NCBI RefSeq assembly: GCF_009914755.1
Contig: NC_060943.1
DNA length: 64,000 bases
Strand: one strand, 5' to 3'
DNA from: the human T2T-CHM13v2.0 reference genome, Homo sapiens
A program made the position numbers and the translations under genes. Each line of letters begins with the position of its first letter. Position 1 is the first letter of the stretch. Shown here piece after piece: positions 19,181-38,683 of this stretch. Below the pieces are notes generated by a model. The model worked only from the letters and a program-made list of their open reading frames with translations, ran no database searches and was not told the origin of the DNA.

Positions 19181-21231
19181 GTTTCTCTGTCCTGTCCCCC
19201 AACTCTGTCCCGTCCCCCAACTCAAGGCCAACTTTCTCCCTCCTTGTCCCGAAATCAGCCTGGGCCCCATACCCAGCCCAACTTCCCCCTCTGGACCCTG
19301 AACTTGAGTCCCAGTCCCGAGTTTTAAGCCCAAGGCTCTGTCTGCGGGGGTAGGGTGGGAGCAAAGGGTCTAACCCCCTATCCCACCTCTGGAACCCCTG
19401 TTGGTCTAAGGCCTGCGCCTGCCCAGGGAGAGGCAACCCAGGAGGCCGTGAGCCCCTGGGAATAGAGATTGGTGAGGGGCGGTTTGGCGGGTGGGCTCGG
19501 TCCCAGACCCAGGGCACACTGGGCACTGCAGACCCCTCCCGGGGAGGGGGGCCTGGGTCTGGGTATTGCCCTGGGATGCCACCAAACAGGAACCCCCACT
19601 TGCTCCAGTTCCACAGCGCCTTCTCCAGCCTTAGGAAGTTCCTCCTCTTATCCTCCCTAACCCTCTCCTGCTGCCATAGAAAAGACTTTCTGGTCCCAGG
19701 CCATGCAGCCCCTGGGTCTGGGTCCCCTCCCCCTAGGCTTCCCGGCACCCTCCCCCACCCGCTGGGACCTCTGGGAAACTCCCCGGGCTCCCGGAGTAGC
19801 TCTGGGAGCAAGGCCCTCCCTGGATCCCTCCCTCTTTCCCGGTGTGCCTGTCTTTCCCGCTCCATCCTCCAGCCTCCACCGGGAGGAACACGGCTGCATT
19901 GTTCCTCAGGAGGAGGCCCTGCCTCGGGGCCTGGCCCAGTGCCCAGGTGGGGGGCCAGGAACAAAACTCTGAGATCGAGGGGCGGGGTGCCCTCTGCAAC
20001 CATGCCAGTCTCCTTGGGCATGTCCCGCTGCCATCTGCCCTCTCCAGGACTCGACAAAGGCCGATGGACCCCTATCCACCACCCACGACCACCATCGTGT
20101 CACAGTGGGGGTCTGGAACCCGCAGGACCCTTCCCAGACCTGGGTGGGCATTGCTTTGGGGGATGATGTTTTCCACTCAGCCCCCAATATTTTTGAAGTG
20201 TCATCCTTGGGGCTAGGGATCCAATTCTTCATCCACGTCCTGGGTGGTAAGATAGCAGCCTCCCCTTTTGAGTAACTCTGGGGGTGGGGGCGCGGGGGTA
20301 CCCAGCAGCAGGCCAGGCCCTCCAAGGGACTGGAGGGACTAGTTGGATGCTTCTGTGTCACCTTGCACCCCAGAATTCCTCCAGGGTCCCCCATTTCATC
20401 AGCTCAGCTGGCTCTCACCTTGCTACCTGGTGGAACTGGGGAGAGGGAGTTAGGAGCCACACCCAGCTACCATCCCGTGAGGCCCAGCCCTGGGGACTCC
20501 AGGGCCTTTTCTTCCCTGTGGGGCCCAAGGGGCAGGCTGGCCCAGGATGCAGGATCTGACAGGTTGGGGCAGGAGGGGGCAGAGCCGCCTAGTGGGGCCC
20601 CAGGGGAAGATTTGGGGTGGCACAGAATTCCCCAACTCAGGGTGGGGCGCAGAAGGTGGGAGCAACTTACCACATGGCCTTCTGAGCAGCTACACACAAG
20701 AATGGCATTTCCAGGGCGGGCCTGGGGTGGGGGTGGGGGTCTCCCTGTAAGGGACACACGCACACAGACAAACTTGTCATTGCAAAAGTAGAAAGTGACC
20801 AAATTACAATGACAAACAAAACTCAGATCTCTACCGCATCCCCATCCATATTGCCCCTCCAGAATTCCCTTCACCCCATAATAAGGCCTTCCATCCAGAC
20901 ATTGCCTGTCCCGTCATCAGTCCAATTCACATTCAGGGAGAACACCTCCTCCATGCTGGCCTCTGGGGATACCTCTTCCCCCAGATTTTTTTTTTATCTA
21001 ATTTTCGCTGTTCTGTTGCCTGTGGCTTGGACCACACCCCGGCTCACTAGTATCCCTCAGCCCAGGCTTGGAGGGTCCTCCCAGAACCCCCACCTCTCCC
21101 TCTGGGTCCCTTGACATTTACTTCCACAGGCCCCGGTCCTGAGCCTGCCGGTTTACCCAGGGGACAGCAGGTGAGGGAGTGATGAAGGGACAGGGCGAAG
21201 GTGAGACCAGGTCAAGTGGTCAAATGGCATG

Positions 21232-21232
<1 letters not shown>

Positions 21233-21262
<30 letters not shown>
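21233..21262 (+). repeat. (CA)n microsatellite
   Basis: cacacacaca... Confidence 0.95.
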
Positions 21263-21264
<2 letters not shown>

Positions 21265-21274
21265 ACACACCCTT

Positions 21275-22500
<1,226 letters not shown>

Positions 22501-23249
22501 CCCTACACCCCAGCTTTCTAGCTGGATGTCTTTGGGATGGCTTTGGGGCCAGGCGATTACACTTCCTAAGCCTCAGTTTTGTCGGCTGAAAAATGGGGCT
22601 GAAAATGCGCAATTTGCAGTTGTTACCAGGCTTTGAGGTGAGACGTGTGATGTGCTGATCGCAGGTAGAAAGAGGGTAAGTGATACACCAGGTACACCTG
22701 GATCAAGGGACCCTGACAGGCCCAGCCGGCCCACAGGTCACCCCAGCTCACATGCAGGGCTGCCTGCTGGGCCCCATGGCAACGCCACACACAGAGACAT
22801 CAAACAGGCCCTGCCGAGGAAGTCCCACGTCACTGCGGTTAGAGTGGCTCCTCCCAGCCCAGCCCCCGGCTGGCGGCAGTGACCCCCATGCCAGTCAGGG
22901 CCCCTGCCTCCTGTTGCCCTGGCGACCAGCTGTGTTATGGACTGAGCCGGGATCCCACCACATCCCTGCCCCCTCACCAGGGCACCAGCCACTCCCCACA
23001 TCCGGAGAAGGACATTACACGGTGGCCCCAGCTCACCGTGACAAACTCAATTGCCTGGTGTCTGGAGCACCAGGAAAGACTTTGTCTACCTACATAATGG
23101 TTCAGAAGGGCAGAGAGGTCCCAGGGATCTGTGGGGACTCCCAGCCAGGTGCCTGAAATCCCCGGGGAAGGGTCCCAGTATTGCTCAAGGGCACTGGTGG
23201 GGCAGGTCAGACAGGAATAGACCCCAGGCCTGGCCCAGCCCCCACCTCA

Positions 23250-24160
23250 GGAATGACTCACCACCCACCCAGCTCCCGATGACATCAAGGCCTGGCCTGC
23301 CACCCTGACCTGGCCCCAGGCCAGAACTGGGGGGGCGCACCCAAGAAGTGTCACATCTGGCTGTCCCTGCCTGGCTGGGATCTGGTACGCAGAGGGTTAA
23401 GGAGAGCCCTTCTGGGGGTCTCCCCCCCATCCCATCCCCCCCACTTTCCCGGGGATTTCGGGCCCCAGCCCCTCTGACGTCACTGGGGGTTGCTATGGCA
23501 ACTGGCCGAAGTTCCCAAATAAAATTACCGCGGGCGGGTTAAGTTTCCTAGGAGGCAGCCGACGGGTAAACAATGGCGGTGGCAGGCGGGGCCGGCGAGA
23601 GGCCGTCTCCCCCTCTTACCCCCGACTCTGCTGGGACCTGGGGGTCCCTGGGGCGAGGGGCAGGGTCCCCCTCCCTGCCCAGGATCTGAGAGCCCTCGAG
23701 CCAGCGAGGGGATTGGCGCCCAGATGAGGGACAGCGAGGCCACGACCCACATGAGCGGGGGATGGGGACGAGGGGTCTTTGGAGGGGAGGCTGGGGCGGC
23801 GGGGAACAAAGAGGGGACCGGAGGCCTGGGGATCCACCCCTCCACACACCCTCCCCCCTAACCCCGCTCCCGGCCGGCCGCCAGTCCAGCTGTGGCTGTT
23901 CCCAGCTCCCTGGCTCCCCACATCTGGCGGGCCGCGCGCTCACTTCCTGTCGCCCCGGCTGCCTGGAGGGAGGTAAAAATAACCCGCCCCCTCCCCCTGC
24001 CGGCGGCGCAGACGGCGGATCCTCCCAGCCTGGAGGAGGGCGAGGCCGAGCCTCAGCCGGGAGAGGAGGCCCCCTGAGGCCGCCTCCCGTCCCTCCCAGT
24101 GCCTCGCTGTCCTGGCAGGAGGGGGGCAAGTAGGGGTGCCACAGAGCCTAGGCTGCGCTG
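23250..24160. promoter_or_regulatory. CpG-rich enhancer/promoter-like module
   Basis: TGACTCA 23254-23260, TGACGTCA 23475-23482, GTTGCTATGGCAAC 23489-23502, GTAAACA 23566-23572, ETS-like CACTTCCTG at 23941. Confidence 0.65.
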
Positions 24161-24730
24161 GGGGACTGGGGAAGCGCATCCCATGAGAAAGGCCCTTAGC
24201 TGGGTCACCAGGAACCCAGGGAACCATAGTGTCCAACCACCCCCACCAATCCCGTGGGGGAGGGGGTTCAAGTTCTGAGAGTTGAGGGACTGCAGCCAAC
24301 ATGCCTGGGTTCCAATCGAGGGTCACCCACTTCCTAACCTAACAGTATAAACAAGTTACCAAAAAAAAAAAAAAAGCCCCCCCCGCCCCGCACACACACG
24401 ACAAGAGCAAAACTGCTCCAGGCCTCAGTTTACCTAGCTGTAAAATGGGCATGATAGCAGTACTCACTTCAAAGTGCATTTGTTGGGTTAGGAGTGTCAA
24501 CTCACTCTATAATCCCAAAACTTTGGGAGGCTGTGGCAGGAGGATCGCTTGAACTTAGGAGTTTGAGACCAGCCTAGGCAACATAGTGAGACCCCCATCT
24601 CTACGAAAAAGTGAATAAGTAAAATGAAAACACATAAAAAAGAAAAATAAAGTGCATTTATTCCCTGAGTGTTAGCTATGATCGTTTCCCCCTCCCCAGG
24701 GGCCCCTGAGACCCACCCCCCTCCACCAAG

Positions 24731-24948
24731 TACAGTTCCCAGATGAGACACAGGACACCCAGTGAAACTTAATTTTTCAGATACACAGCGGATCTCTTTT
24801 TTTAGTATAAGTATGTCCCATGCAATTTTGGGGACATCGCTATACTAAAAAAAAAGTTTTATACTAAAAAAAAATTACTTGTTCTGTATCTGAAATTCAA
24901 ATTTAACTGATGTCCTGTATTTTTTATTTGTTAAATCTGCCAACTGTA
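24731..24948. mobile_element. MER53 palindromic hAT MITE
   Basis: Inverted termini tacagttcccagat/atctgccaactgta; core tttagtataagtatgtcccatgcaattttggggacatcgctatactaaaa. Confidence 0.85.
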
Positions 24949-25815
24949 TCCTTAAGTCACCATCATCTCTGGCCTAAATATATTCCAACAGCCACCTCCC
25001 TGGTCCTCTCCGACTTTCCTTATGCCTTCTAGCCATTCTCCAGAGACAGCCCGTTAAATCCAATCACGTGTCCCCTCTACCTTCCACTTGGAAAAGTTCC
25101 TGGTGTCCCAACCTCTCCCGCAGGAAGGTCCTGCCTGTTATTCGCCAACTCCCGAGCATCCTTCAGTTCCCAGGGTATCACCTCCTCCGAGAAGCCCTCC
25201 TCACCTTCTTGGCTTTAGACTGTCCAGGATCCCTGTAACTCAGCCATCTCCCCAACTCAACCATTTGAGTGATTGACTTGGTCATGTGAGCCAAATGGAC
25301 ATTTCTTACAGGACTCAAAGCTGGTCACTTCCCAGGCAGCTGGTCATCTCCGTGTCTGAGATGCTAGTATCTACTCTTCTCCCCGCCCCATAGGATCTGG
25401 GGCTCCGGAAGGCCCCTCAGGCAGCTCCCTTAAGGGTCCTGTGGGCGGCTCAGTGGTGACTATTGGGGTGCCAGGGAGCCCGGAGTTCAGGCCATCTGAA
25501 GCTGGTGCTGGGAAACTCTCTCCCTGCACTCAGATGGCATGGGAAGTCTAGGGGGGTGCTGGTGCAACCTCTGTAGTGCACAGCCTTCAGTATCATGTGT
25601 CGACAGCCCCCAAGGAGCCCACCAGGCGCCATCCCCCACTTGCATAACCTACCCACACTTCAATGTAGCCTTGGCACCTATCCCCACAACGCCTGAAGAC
25701 TCCCACAGATATGGCCCCGCCAAGGCCAGGCATGCACCCTCCTGAGACAGGTTTGGGAGCCCGGATGCCAGCTTGGCTGTGCATCCTCTGGCAAAGGACA
25801 TTGACCCTCTGTTGA

Positions 25816-26190
<375 letters not shown>

Positions 26191-26589
26191 TCATGGTGAA
26201 CATTACATGAGTTAATACACATAGGCCCACACATGCATAGAACAGGCTTAGAACATAGAACGTGCTCATTAAGTGTTAGCTAGTTTGGGAGGTCGGCAGG
26301 GGTGGGGAGGATGCAAAAAAGCCCTCATCACAGCGCTCCTGACAGCTCCCGCCAGGCCAGCTCCCCAAATCCCTTAGGAAAATGGCCTCGACCTCTCAGC
26401 TGCAACTCTGGCCCAGCCGCCATCTCCTGACCTGACCGCCCACTTCTGGGGAGCCCCTGTGGGTCTGGATTGGAGAGAGCCACCCTCAGCCCTCCCCACC
26501 TTCATTGGACCACAGCTGTCTCCTTCACCATCACCTCCGTGCCCACCAGGATTACAGGCCTGATCTGAACCCCTAATCTAGGGAAGACT

Positions 26590-26910
26590 ACGGAGTCCCA
26601 AAATCCCTCTTAGCGCGCACCCCGGCCTGAGGCTCGAACCCAGGTCCGCGCTGGAGGGCGGTGGCGGTTGCCGAGCAACGCGCTGTTTGTTGGCGCGGGG
26701 GGCGGGGCCGGGGCCGGCGCGCGGTGACTCACCGCGGCGTGATGCGGACGGGCGCGGCGCCCAGCAGCCTGGCCGGCGGCCCGATCTCGGCTGGCCTCGG
26801 CGTCCGGAGGGGCCCGGCGGCGGGGGCGCCTTAGCCCCCAAGTGGGCGCCGGAGGCCCGTGGGGAAGCGGCGGAGCAGGTCCCGGGCTCTCGGACTCGGT
26901 TCGAATCCCA
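26590..26910. promoter_or_regulatory. CpG island with X-box-like, FOX-like and AP-1 motifs
   Basis: GTTGCCGAGCAAC 26667-26679, TGTTTGT, TGACTCA 26725-26731, GC boxes. Confidence 0.6.
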
Positions 26911-28091
26911 GCCCTGCCTCTTACTCTTGACTCTTGATCTGTGACTTCAAGGCTCCTTGCCTCAGTTTACCCGTCAGTAAAAGAAGCGACACTGGAGGGT
27001 GCAGTAACCCACCACTGGCATTTAAAGCAGCTGAGATGATCACGCAGTGACACTGCGGGGCAGCAAGTTTGGGACACCCAGATTCTGCACGTGAATCTCC
27101 TGTGTTAAACTCTGCAACCTCACGGAGAATCAATTTCCGCATCTGTTACAGGGCAGTAGCAAGAACAAACACCCTGCCTCTCGGGTGGTTTGAGAATCCC
27201 GTGAATTCATAGTGAGACAATGCGTGGCACATTTCAGTACCATGTCTGCTGCCCCACGGAGGGACGGGATGTAGGAGGTTTTCTCTGTGGTCCGAGCTCA
27301 GGAGGGCAAGGAGGTGAGGGCAAGACTGGAACCCCTAGAAGTGGGTGGCAAGTCACAGGTCCAGGGCAGGGTGGCATGACCATGGCTGCAGAGGCCCCTA
27401 TCCCGAAGCTGGCTCACAGCACCTGCTGCGGGCAGGCAGAAGGGGGGCCTGGGGGTGAGTCACCGCCCAGCAATGAGGCTTGAGTCACACAGGGCGGGGT
27501 CCCCCGTTAGCCCCCCCAGCTGCTCCCACAAAGGCCCTTTGAGAAGAGTTCCCCACCCCCTACTCCCACCCCCTAGGCCCTCTCTAGGGGTGGGCTGTGG
27601 GGCCGAGGCCCTGCTGGGCTGCCCCCAGGAGCCCGGCCTGGGTCTGGGAGGCGCCAGCCAGTTTCAGCCATGTCTGTGAAAAGTCACCATAGGAAGCTGG
27701 GTGTCCCCCGGGGAGGGGGCTTCCAGGCTGCCTGAGTCACTGGAATGGTGGAGGGTCACACGCGCAGGGCCCACGCACACAGCGGGCAAATTGAGTCAGA
27801 CTGTCTGGTGGGGCGGGCAGGCCAGGACGCTTCGAGTCAGGCTGAGAAGGAAACCTGGGAAGAGACATGGTTCTTCCAAGCCTGTGGCCTCTGGCAGAGA
27901 AAGAGGGTGCTTGAGGGCACATATGGTGGGTTTCACCACACCTCCTGCCTAGGCCTCCCCTCCTTGCCTGCCCCGAAACAGTCTCCCCCACCTTTCTATC
28001 CTTCTTAAACTTGGAGTGAGAAGGACAGCAAGCTGGATGGGATTCCAGGGAGGCACTCTACTAGCGGAAGAATTGAGATTTTTTTTTTTAA

Positions 28092-28611
<520 letters not shown>

Positions 28612-28868
28612 TAGAGACAGGGTTATGCTGTGTTGCCCAGGCGGGTCTGGAATTCCTGACTCGAATTCCTGCCCTCAAGAGTTCCGCCCACCTTAGCCTC
28701 CTAAAGTGCTGGGATTACAGGCATGAGCCCCTGGGCCCTGACCTGTTTGTTTATTTTTTAGAGATAGGGGTGTCTCCATGTTGCCCTGGCTGGCCTCAAA
28801 CTCCTGGGTTTAAGGGATCCTCCCGAGTAGCTGGGAATACAGGCAAATATGTCCACACCCAGCTTTAA

Positions 28869-28985
<117 letters not shown>

Positions 28986-29639
28986 TAAAGCGATTCTCCT
29001 GCCTCAGCCTCTGAAGTAGCTGAGACTACAGGCGTGTGCCACCATGCCTGGCTAATTTTTTGTATTTTTTAAGTAGAGACGGGGTTTCGCCATGTTAGCT
29101 AGGATGGTCTCGATCTCCTGACCTGGTGATCCACCTGCCTCGGCCTCCCAAAGTGCTGGGATTACAGGCGTGAGCCACCACGCCCAGCCCAGGATCAAAA
29201 TTTTTTAAGACAAGGTCTCACCACTGCCATCTCAAGCTCCTGGGCTCAAAGGATCCTTCTACCTCAACCTCCAGAGTAGCTGGAACTACAGGTGAGCACC
29301 ACCACACCTGGCTAATTTATTTATCTTGTAGGGGTCGGGGCGTGAGGGTCTTGCTGTGTTGCCTAGACTGGTCTCCAACTCCTGGCCTTAAGTGAGCCTC
29401 CTGCCTCAGCCTCCCAAGTAGCTAGGACTACAGGCATGTGCAAGCACACCCAGCTTATTTATACACATTTATTTTATTTTATTTTATTTTTTTTTTTTTT
29501 AGAGACAGGGTCTTACTATGTTTCCCAGGCTGGTCTTGAATTCCTGGTCTCAACCAATCCTCCTCCTGCATTGGTCTCCCAAAGTGCTGGTATTACAGGC
29601 ATGAGCCACCTCGGCTGACCACTTTGCTTTTTCTATTTG

Positions 29640-30201
<562 letters not shown>

Positions 30202-30231
30202 TACAGTCAAATGTGTTTAGAATATTCATAG

Positions 30232-30542
<311 letters not shown>

Positions 30543-30740
30543 TGAGCCACTGTGCCTGGTCCACACCAGCTAATTTTTTGTATTTTAGTAGAGATGAGGT
30601 TTCACCGTGTTGCCCAGCCTAGTCTCCAACTCCTGAGCTCAGGCAATCCGCCTGCATCAGCCTTCCAAAATTCTGGGATTAGAGGCAGGAGCCACTACGC
30701 CCGGCCTTTTTTTTCGCTGAGGCAGGATCTTACTGTGTAG

Positions 30741-31082
<342 letters not shown>

Positions 31083-31340
31083 TAGCCAGGATGGTCTCAA
31101 TCTCCTGACCTCGTGATCCGCAAGATTACAGGCGTGAGCCACCGCGCCTGGCCATTTTTTTTTTTTTTTTTTTTTAAAGACAGGGCGTTGCTATGTTGCT
31201 CAGGCTGTTCTCAAACACCTGGGCTCAAGCAGTCCTCCCACATCGGCCTTCCAAAGTGCTGGGATTACAGCATGAGTGACCACGCCCTGCCCAACTTTAG
31301 AACATTTCCATCACCCGCAAAAGAAATCTCAAGCCCATTA

Positions 31341-31490
<150 letters not shown>

Positions 31491-31493
31491 TCA

Positions 31494-31724
<231 letters not shown>

Positions 31725-32248
31725 TCAGCCTCTGGCAACCCTGGTCTACTTTTTGTCTCTGAGTATAAATGCTGTCAACAGAGTTCATCCATGTTATAAC
31801 AAGTGTAACAAGCGTGAGTACCTTATTCCTTTTTATTGCCAAATAATATGTGATACGGGCTGGGTGTGGTGGCCCATGCCTGTAATCCCAGTACTTTGGG
31901 AGGCTGAGGTGGGAGGATCACTTCACCTCAGGAGCTTGAGACCAGCCTGGGCAATGTAGTGAAACCCTATCCCTACAAAAATTACAAAAATTAGCTGGGC
32001 ATGGTGGTCCTCGCCTGTAGTCCCAGCTACTCAGGACACTGGGGCAAGAGGATCACTTGAGCCCAGGAGGTCGAGGCTGCAATGGGCTAGGATTCTTTTA
32101 CTGTACTCCAGCCTGGGCAACAGAGTGAGACCTTGTTTCTAAAATGACGAGACCTCGTTTCTAAAATAAAAATGAGGCTGGGCGGGGTGGCTCATGCCTG
32201 TGATCCCAACACTTTAGGAGGCTGAGGCAGGTGGATGACTTGAGCTCA

Positions 32249-32733
<485 letters not shown>

Positions 32734-32934
32734 TCACAAAGAAGACTGAGACAGAGAAGGGATGTCAGGAGGATCTAGTGTCCCAAGGCCAAGGAGGAAC
32801 CAGGCAAAGGTGACAGATACTACACGGAGCTCAAGGACAGCTACAGCTGAGAACTTGGCCTGACTCTGAAGTCTGATATCAGTAGTGTGATCAGGCAGCC
32901 GCCTGATAAGTAAATGGGAGGGAAGGCAATAAAG

Positions 32935-34855
<1,921 letters not shown>

Positions 34856-35308
34856 AGACAGGCCCGAGTCCTGCCCTTGTGTGACTCATGTCACTCACCT
34901 ATCCCTAATCCCAGCTCTGTTGGATCCTATCTTTATTGAAAAAAACAATTTTTTTTTTCTAGACAGGGTGGAATGCAGTGGTGTGATCATGGCTCACTGC
35001 AGCCTCCACCTCTGGAGCTCAACCAGTCCTCTCACTTCTGCCTCTGAATAGCTGGGACCACAAGCGTACACCACCACGCCCAGCTAATTTTTAAAATTTT
35101 TGTAGAGGCCGGGTGCGGTGGCTCATACCTATAATCCCAGCACTTCGGGAGGCCAAGGCGAGCGGATCACTTGAGGTCAAGAGTTTGAGACCAGCCTAGC
35201 CAACATGGCAAAACCCCATTTCTACTAAAAATACAAAAATTAGCTGAGCATGGTGGCGGGCGCCTGTAATCCCAGCTACTCTGGAGGCTGAGGCACGAGA
35301 ATCGCTTA

Positions 35309-35560
<252 letters not shown>

Positions 35561-36454
35561 TTAGCCAGGTGTGGTGGTGTGTGCCAGTAGTCCCAGCTAG
35601 TTGGGAGGCTGGGGCAGGAGAATTGCCGAAACCCAGGTTGAGGCCTCAATGGGCTAGGAGTGTGCTACTGAACTCCAGCCTGGGCAACACAGCAAGATCC
35701 CGTTTCTAAAAAACAAATCAAACAAACAAAAATCCCTAAGCCTTCTCATCATACTTAAATCCAAACTCCTTACTGATCAAGGACCTATAAGACGTCACCT
35801 CCTCAAAAGCCTTCCCAGATTGCACTTTCATCTTCCAGGCTGGGCCTTGACTCTCAGCACTGAAAACTCTTCATTGTAATTGGCTAGCTACATGACTAGC
35901 CCCCTGCCAGATGGTGGCAGGCAAGCTCCTAGTCTGTTTTGTCCCTCCCCCACTTCCCATCACCTCACCCCACATGCATGCCAGGAACATAGTGATTATT
36001 AATGCATTAATTCACTAGATATTGACTAAGGGCCTTTTTTAAGTTCTCCAGCAGTGATGAAGACAAACGTTGTAGGCTGGGCACGGTGGCTCATACCTGT
36101 CATCCCAGCACTTTGGGAGACTGAGGCAGGAGGATCGCTTGAGCCCAGGAGTTCGAGACTGCCCTGGGCAACAAAGTGAGACCCACCCCCATCTCTCCAA
36201 AAAAAAAAAAAAAAAAAAAAGACAACAGCTATTGTGCTGGCAGAGCTGACAATCAAGTACAGGAGACAGACAAGAAACAAGATGTGTAGTAAAACATGTA
36301 GTGTGTTGAAAGGTGACAGGGCCAGGCGCGGTGGCTCACGCCTGTAATCCCAGCACTTTGGGAGGCCGAGGCAGGCGGATCACGAGGTCAAGAGTTTGAG
36401 ACCAGCCTGGCCAACATAGTGAAACCCCGTCTCTACTAAAAATACAAAAAATTA

Positions 36455-36595
<141 letters not shown>

Positions 36596-36859
36596 TCAAA
36601 AAAAAAAAAAAAAAAAAAAAAAAAAGGTGACAGGGTTGTGAGAAATAAATAGAGGAGAAAGCAAGGTGGGTGCAATTTTGAAATAGGGGAGTCGGCCGGG
36701 CTCCATCTGTAATTCCAGCACTTTGGGAGGCTGAGGTGGGCGGATTGCCTGAGCTCAGGAGTTTGAGACCAGCCTGGGTAACATGGTGAAACCCTGTCTC
36801 TACTAAAAATACAAAAAAAATTAGCCGGGTGTCGTGGTGGTTGCCTGTAATCCCAGCTG

Positions 36860-37660
36860 AGGAGGTCTGGAATGGGGTGAATGAGGGAGGGAGTGGAGAG
36901 GGTGAGGCAGAGAGGAGACAGGAGACTGTGCAAAGCCTTCTGGGTCCTGGGGAGGACTTTGGCTTTTGCTCTGAATAAGGTGGGAGCCATTGAGGGTTCT
37001 GAGCAGAGGAGGGACTGGACCTGACTTGGGTGCTCACAGGCGCCCCGCCCCGGCTGCTGTGGTGGGGAGGGGATTAGGGGGATGGGGACAGACTGTCGGG
37101 GGCTGCAAGGTGTGCAGAGAGGTGGCAACTGGAGCAATTCTGGGGAGAGATGATGGAAGCCGGACCAGGGTGGGCCTTGGAGAAGTCAGGATTCTGGATG
37201 CATTAGAAGGGACAGTAACTAGCCTGGGAGCAGTGGCTCATGCCTGTAATCCCAGCACTTTAAGAGGCCAAGACGGGTGGATTGCTTGAGTCTAGGAGTT
37301 CGAGACCAGCCTGGGCAACATAGCAAGACCTATCTCTACTAAAAATACAAAAAAATCAGCCAGGCGTGGTGGCAGGTGCCTGTTGCCCCAGCTATTTGGG
37401 AGGCTGAAAGAAATGGGAGGATGGCTTGAATCCGGGAGGCGGAGGATACAGTGAGCAGAGATCGTGCCACTGTACTCCAGCCTGGGCGATAGAGCCAGAC
37501 CCTGTTTCAGAAGAAAAAAAAAAAAAGGACAGTAAGCAAAATTGTTAATGGGTTGCATCTGTTAATAAAAGTTTTTGTCTGAGCAGCTGGGAGGATGGAG
37601 CTGCCATTTCCGGAGACCGGGAAGATGGCGGGAGACCGTTTGCAGTTGAGGAAATGAGCT
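36860..37660 (-). mobile_element. L2 fragments, interrupted by a plus-strand Alu (37222-37525)
   Basis: ggactttggcttttgctctgaataaggtgggagccattgagggttctgagcagagg and ctgagcagctgggaggatggagctgccattt are L2-like. Confidence 0.65.
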
Positions 37661-38047
37661 CTGAGCCCAGGGCTTCGTTCTGGCCCTGAAGTGTCCCTGC
37701 CCAGACTCTGGTGGGGTGCGGAGGAAAGCACCCACATGGCCTAGGCTTTGCCTCCTCGGGGCTTTCTCTCGGTCGATGCCTGAGTGTGCAAACTACACCC
37801 ACATCTGAGTATACAGGGGCACCTCCGAAGACCCCCACGGCCTGACACATCCACCCAGTGTCCAATGGCCACAGCCTTGGGGGACTTCGGGGGCTGGAGT
37901 TCCGGGCTGATGGAGTTGAGAAGGGCTGCCTGGCTCTTACACCCACCTTGGGTCCCCACGGAGACCCCCAAGGGGACAGGAGGTGAAATCTCCCAGGGAG
38001 AGGTTCAGGAAGAGCTGCTGCTGTGTCGCAGCCCTGGGCTCCCCCTA

Positions 38048-38057
38048 TGAGTCAGCA
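38048..38057 (-). promoter_or_regulatory. ARE/MARE (NRF2/BACH/NFE2) motif
   Basis: TGAGTCAGCA = TGCTGACTCA on the minus strand. Confidence 0.35.
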
Positions 38058-38575
38058 CTGGCAGGGGCCCCAGGAACTGGGGACCGGGGGTGTGTAGGGG
38101 GGAGGGCAGTTCCCACGCCCTAAGGCGTCTGGGGCGCTGGGGCTTCCCCCACCGCTCCTCCCATCCTGTGCTGGGCTCTGGGGATCTTCAGAGGAGTCTG
38201 GGGGGTGAGAAGCCCAGGGCGGATTGGCCACTGGGCCAGGATCCAGGAATCCTCTCTCCTGGTCTGACCCAGTTCAGGAATGCAGAGGCCGCCCGCCCCG
38301 GCAAATGCGTTGCAGCAAGAAGGAGAGTTAGACGTAGAGAAACACCGAGTGAGTTGGACATTTGTGTGGACGGCACTTCTAGGGGGCTTTATTTAAGAAG
38401 GGGCCCTTCCTTCTGGGGACTCTGCATTTGAGCAGTGGAGGCTCCAGCCTGGGGTGTCCAGGCAGAGTCCTCAGCTACCGTGGAGTGGGAGGTGGCGGGG
38501 AGGAGGGGGAGGAGACTGCGCTGAGAGCTGAGATCAGTCCCGCCGGCCTCCACAGCTGGGAGGGCGCTGGACTCT

Positions 38576-38590
38576 GCTGCCCCCTGCTGG
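38576..38590 (-). promoter_or_regulatory. CTCF core motif
   Basis: Minus strand CCAGCAGGGGGCAGC closely fits the CTCF consensus. Confidence 0.55.
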
Positions 38591-38683
38591 TGGCTGCAGG
38601 AAATTCAGCGAGCAGGACAGCTGGCCGGTCCTGGAGAAGAGACGGGGGGAAAGGCCTCGCACAGAAAGAATTCCAGCTCTGCC

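Noticed and set aside
18311-20166. Long ORFs (197-301 aa) over the CpG island
   Set aside because: P/G/A/R-rich, overlapping on both strands; stop depletion in GC-rich DNA
26890-26915. tRNA gene suggested by GGTTCGAATCCC
   Set aside because: No cloverleaf; the sequence continues as a MIR SINE
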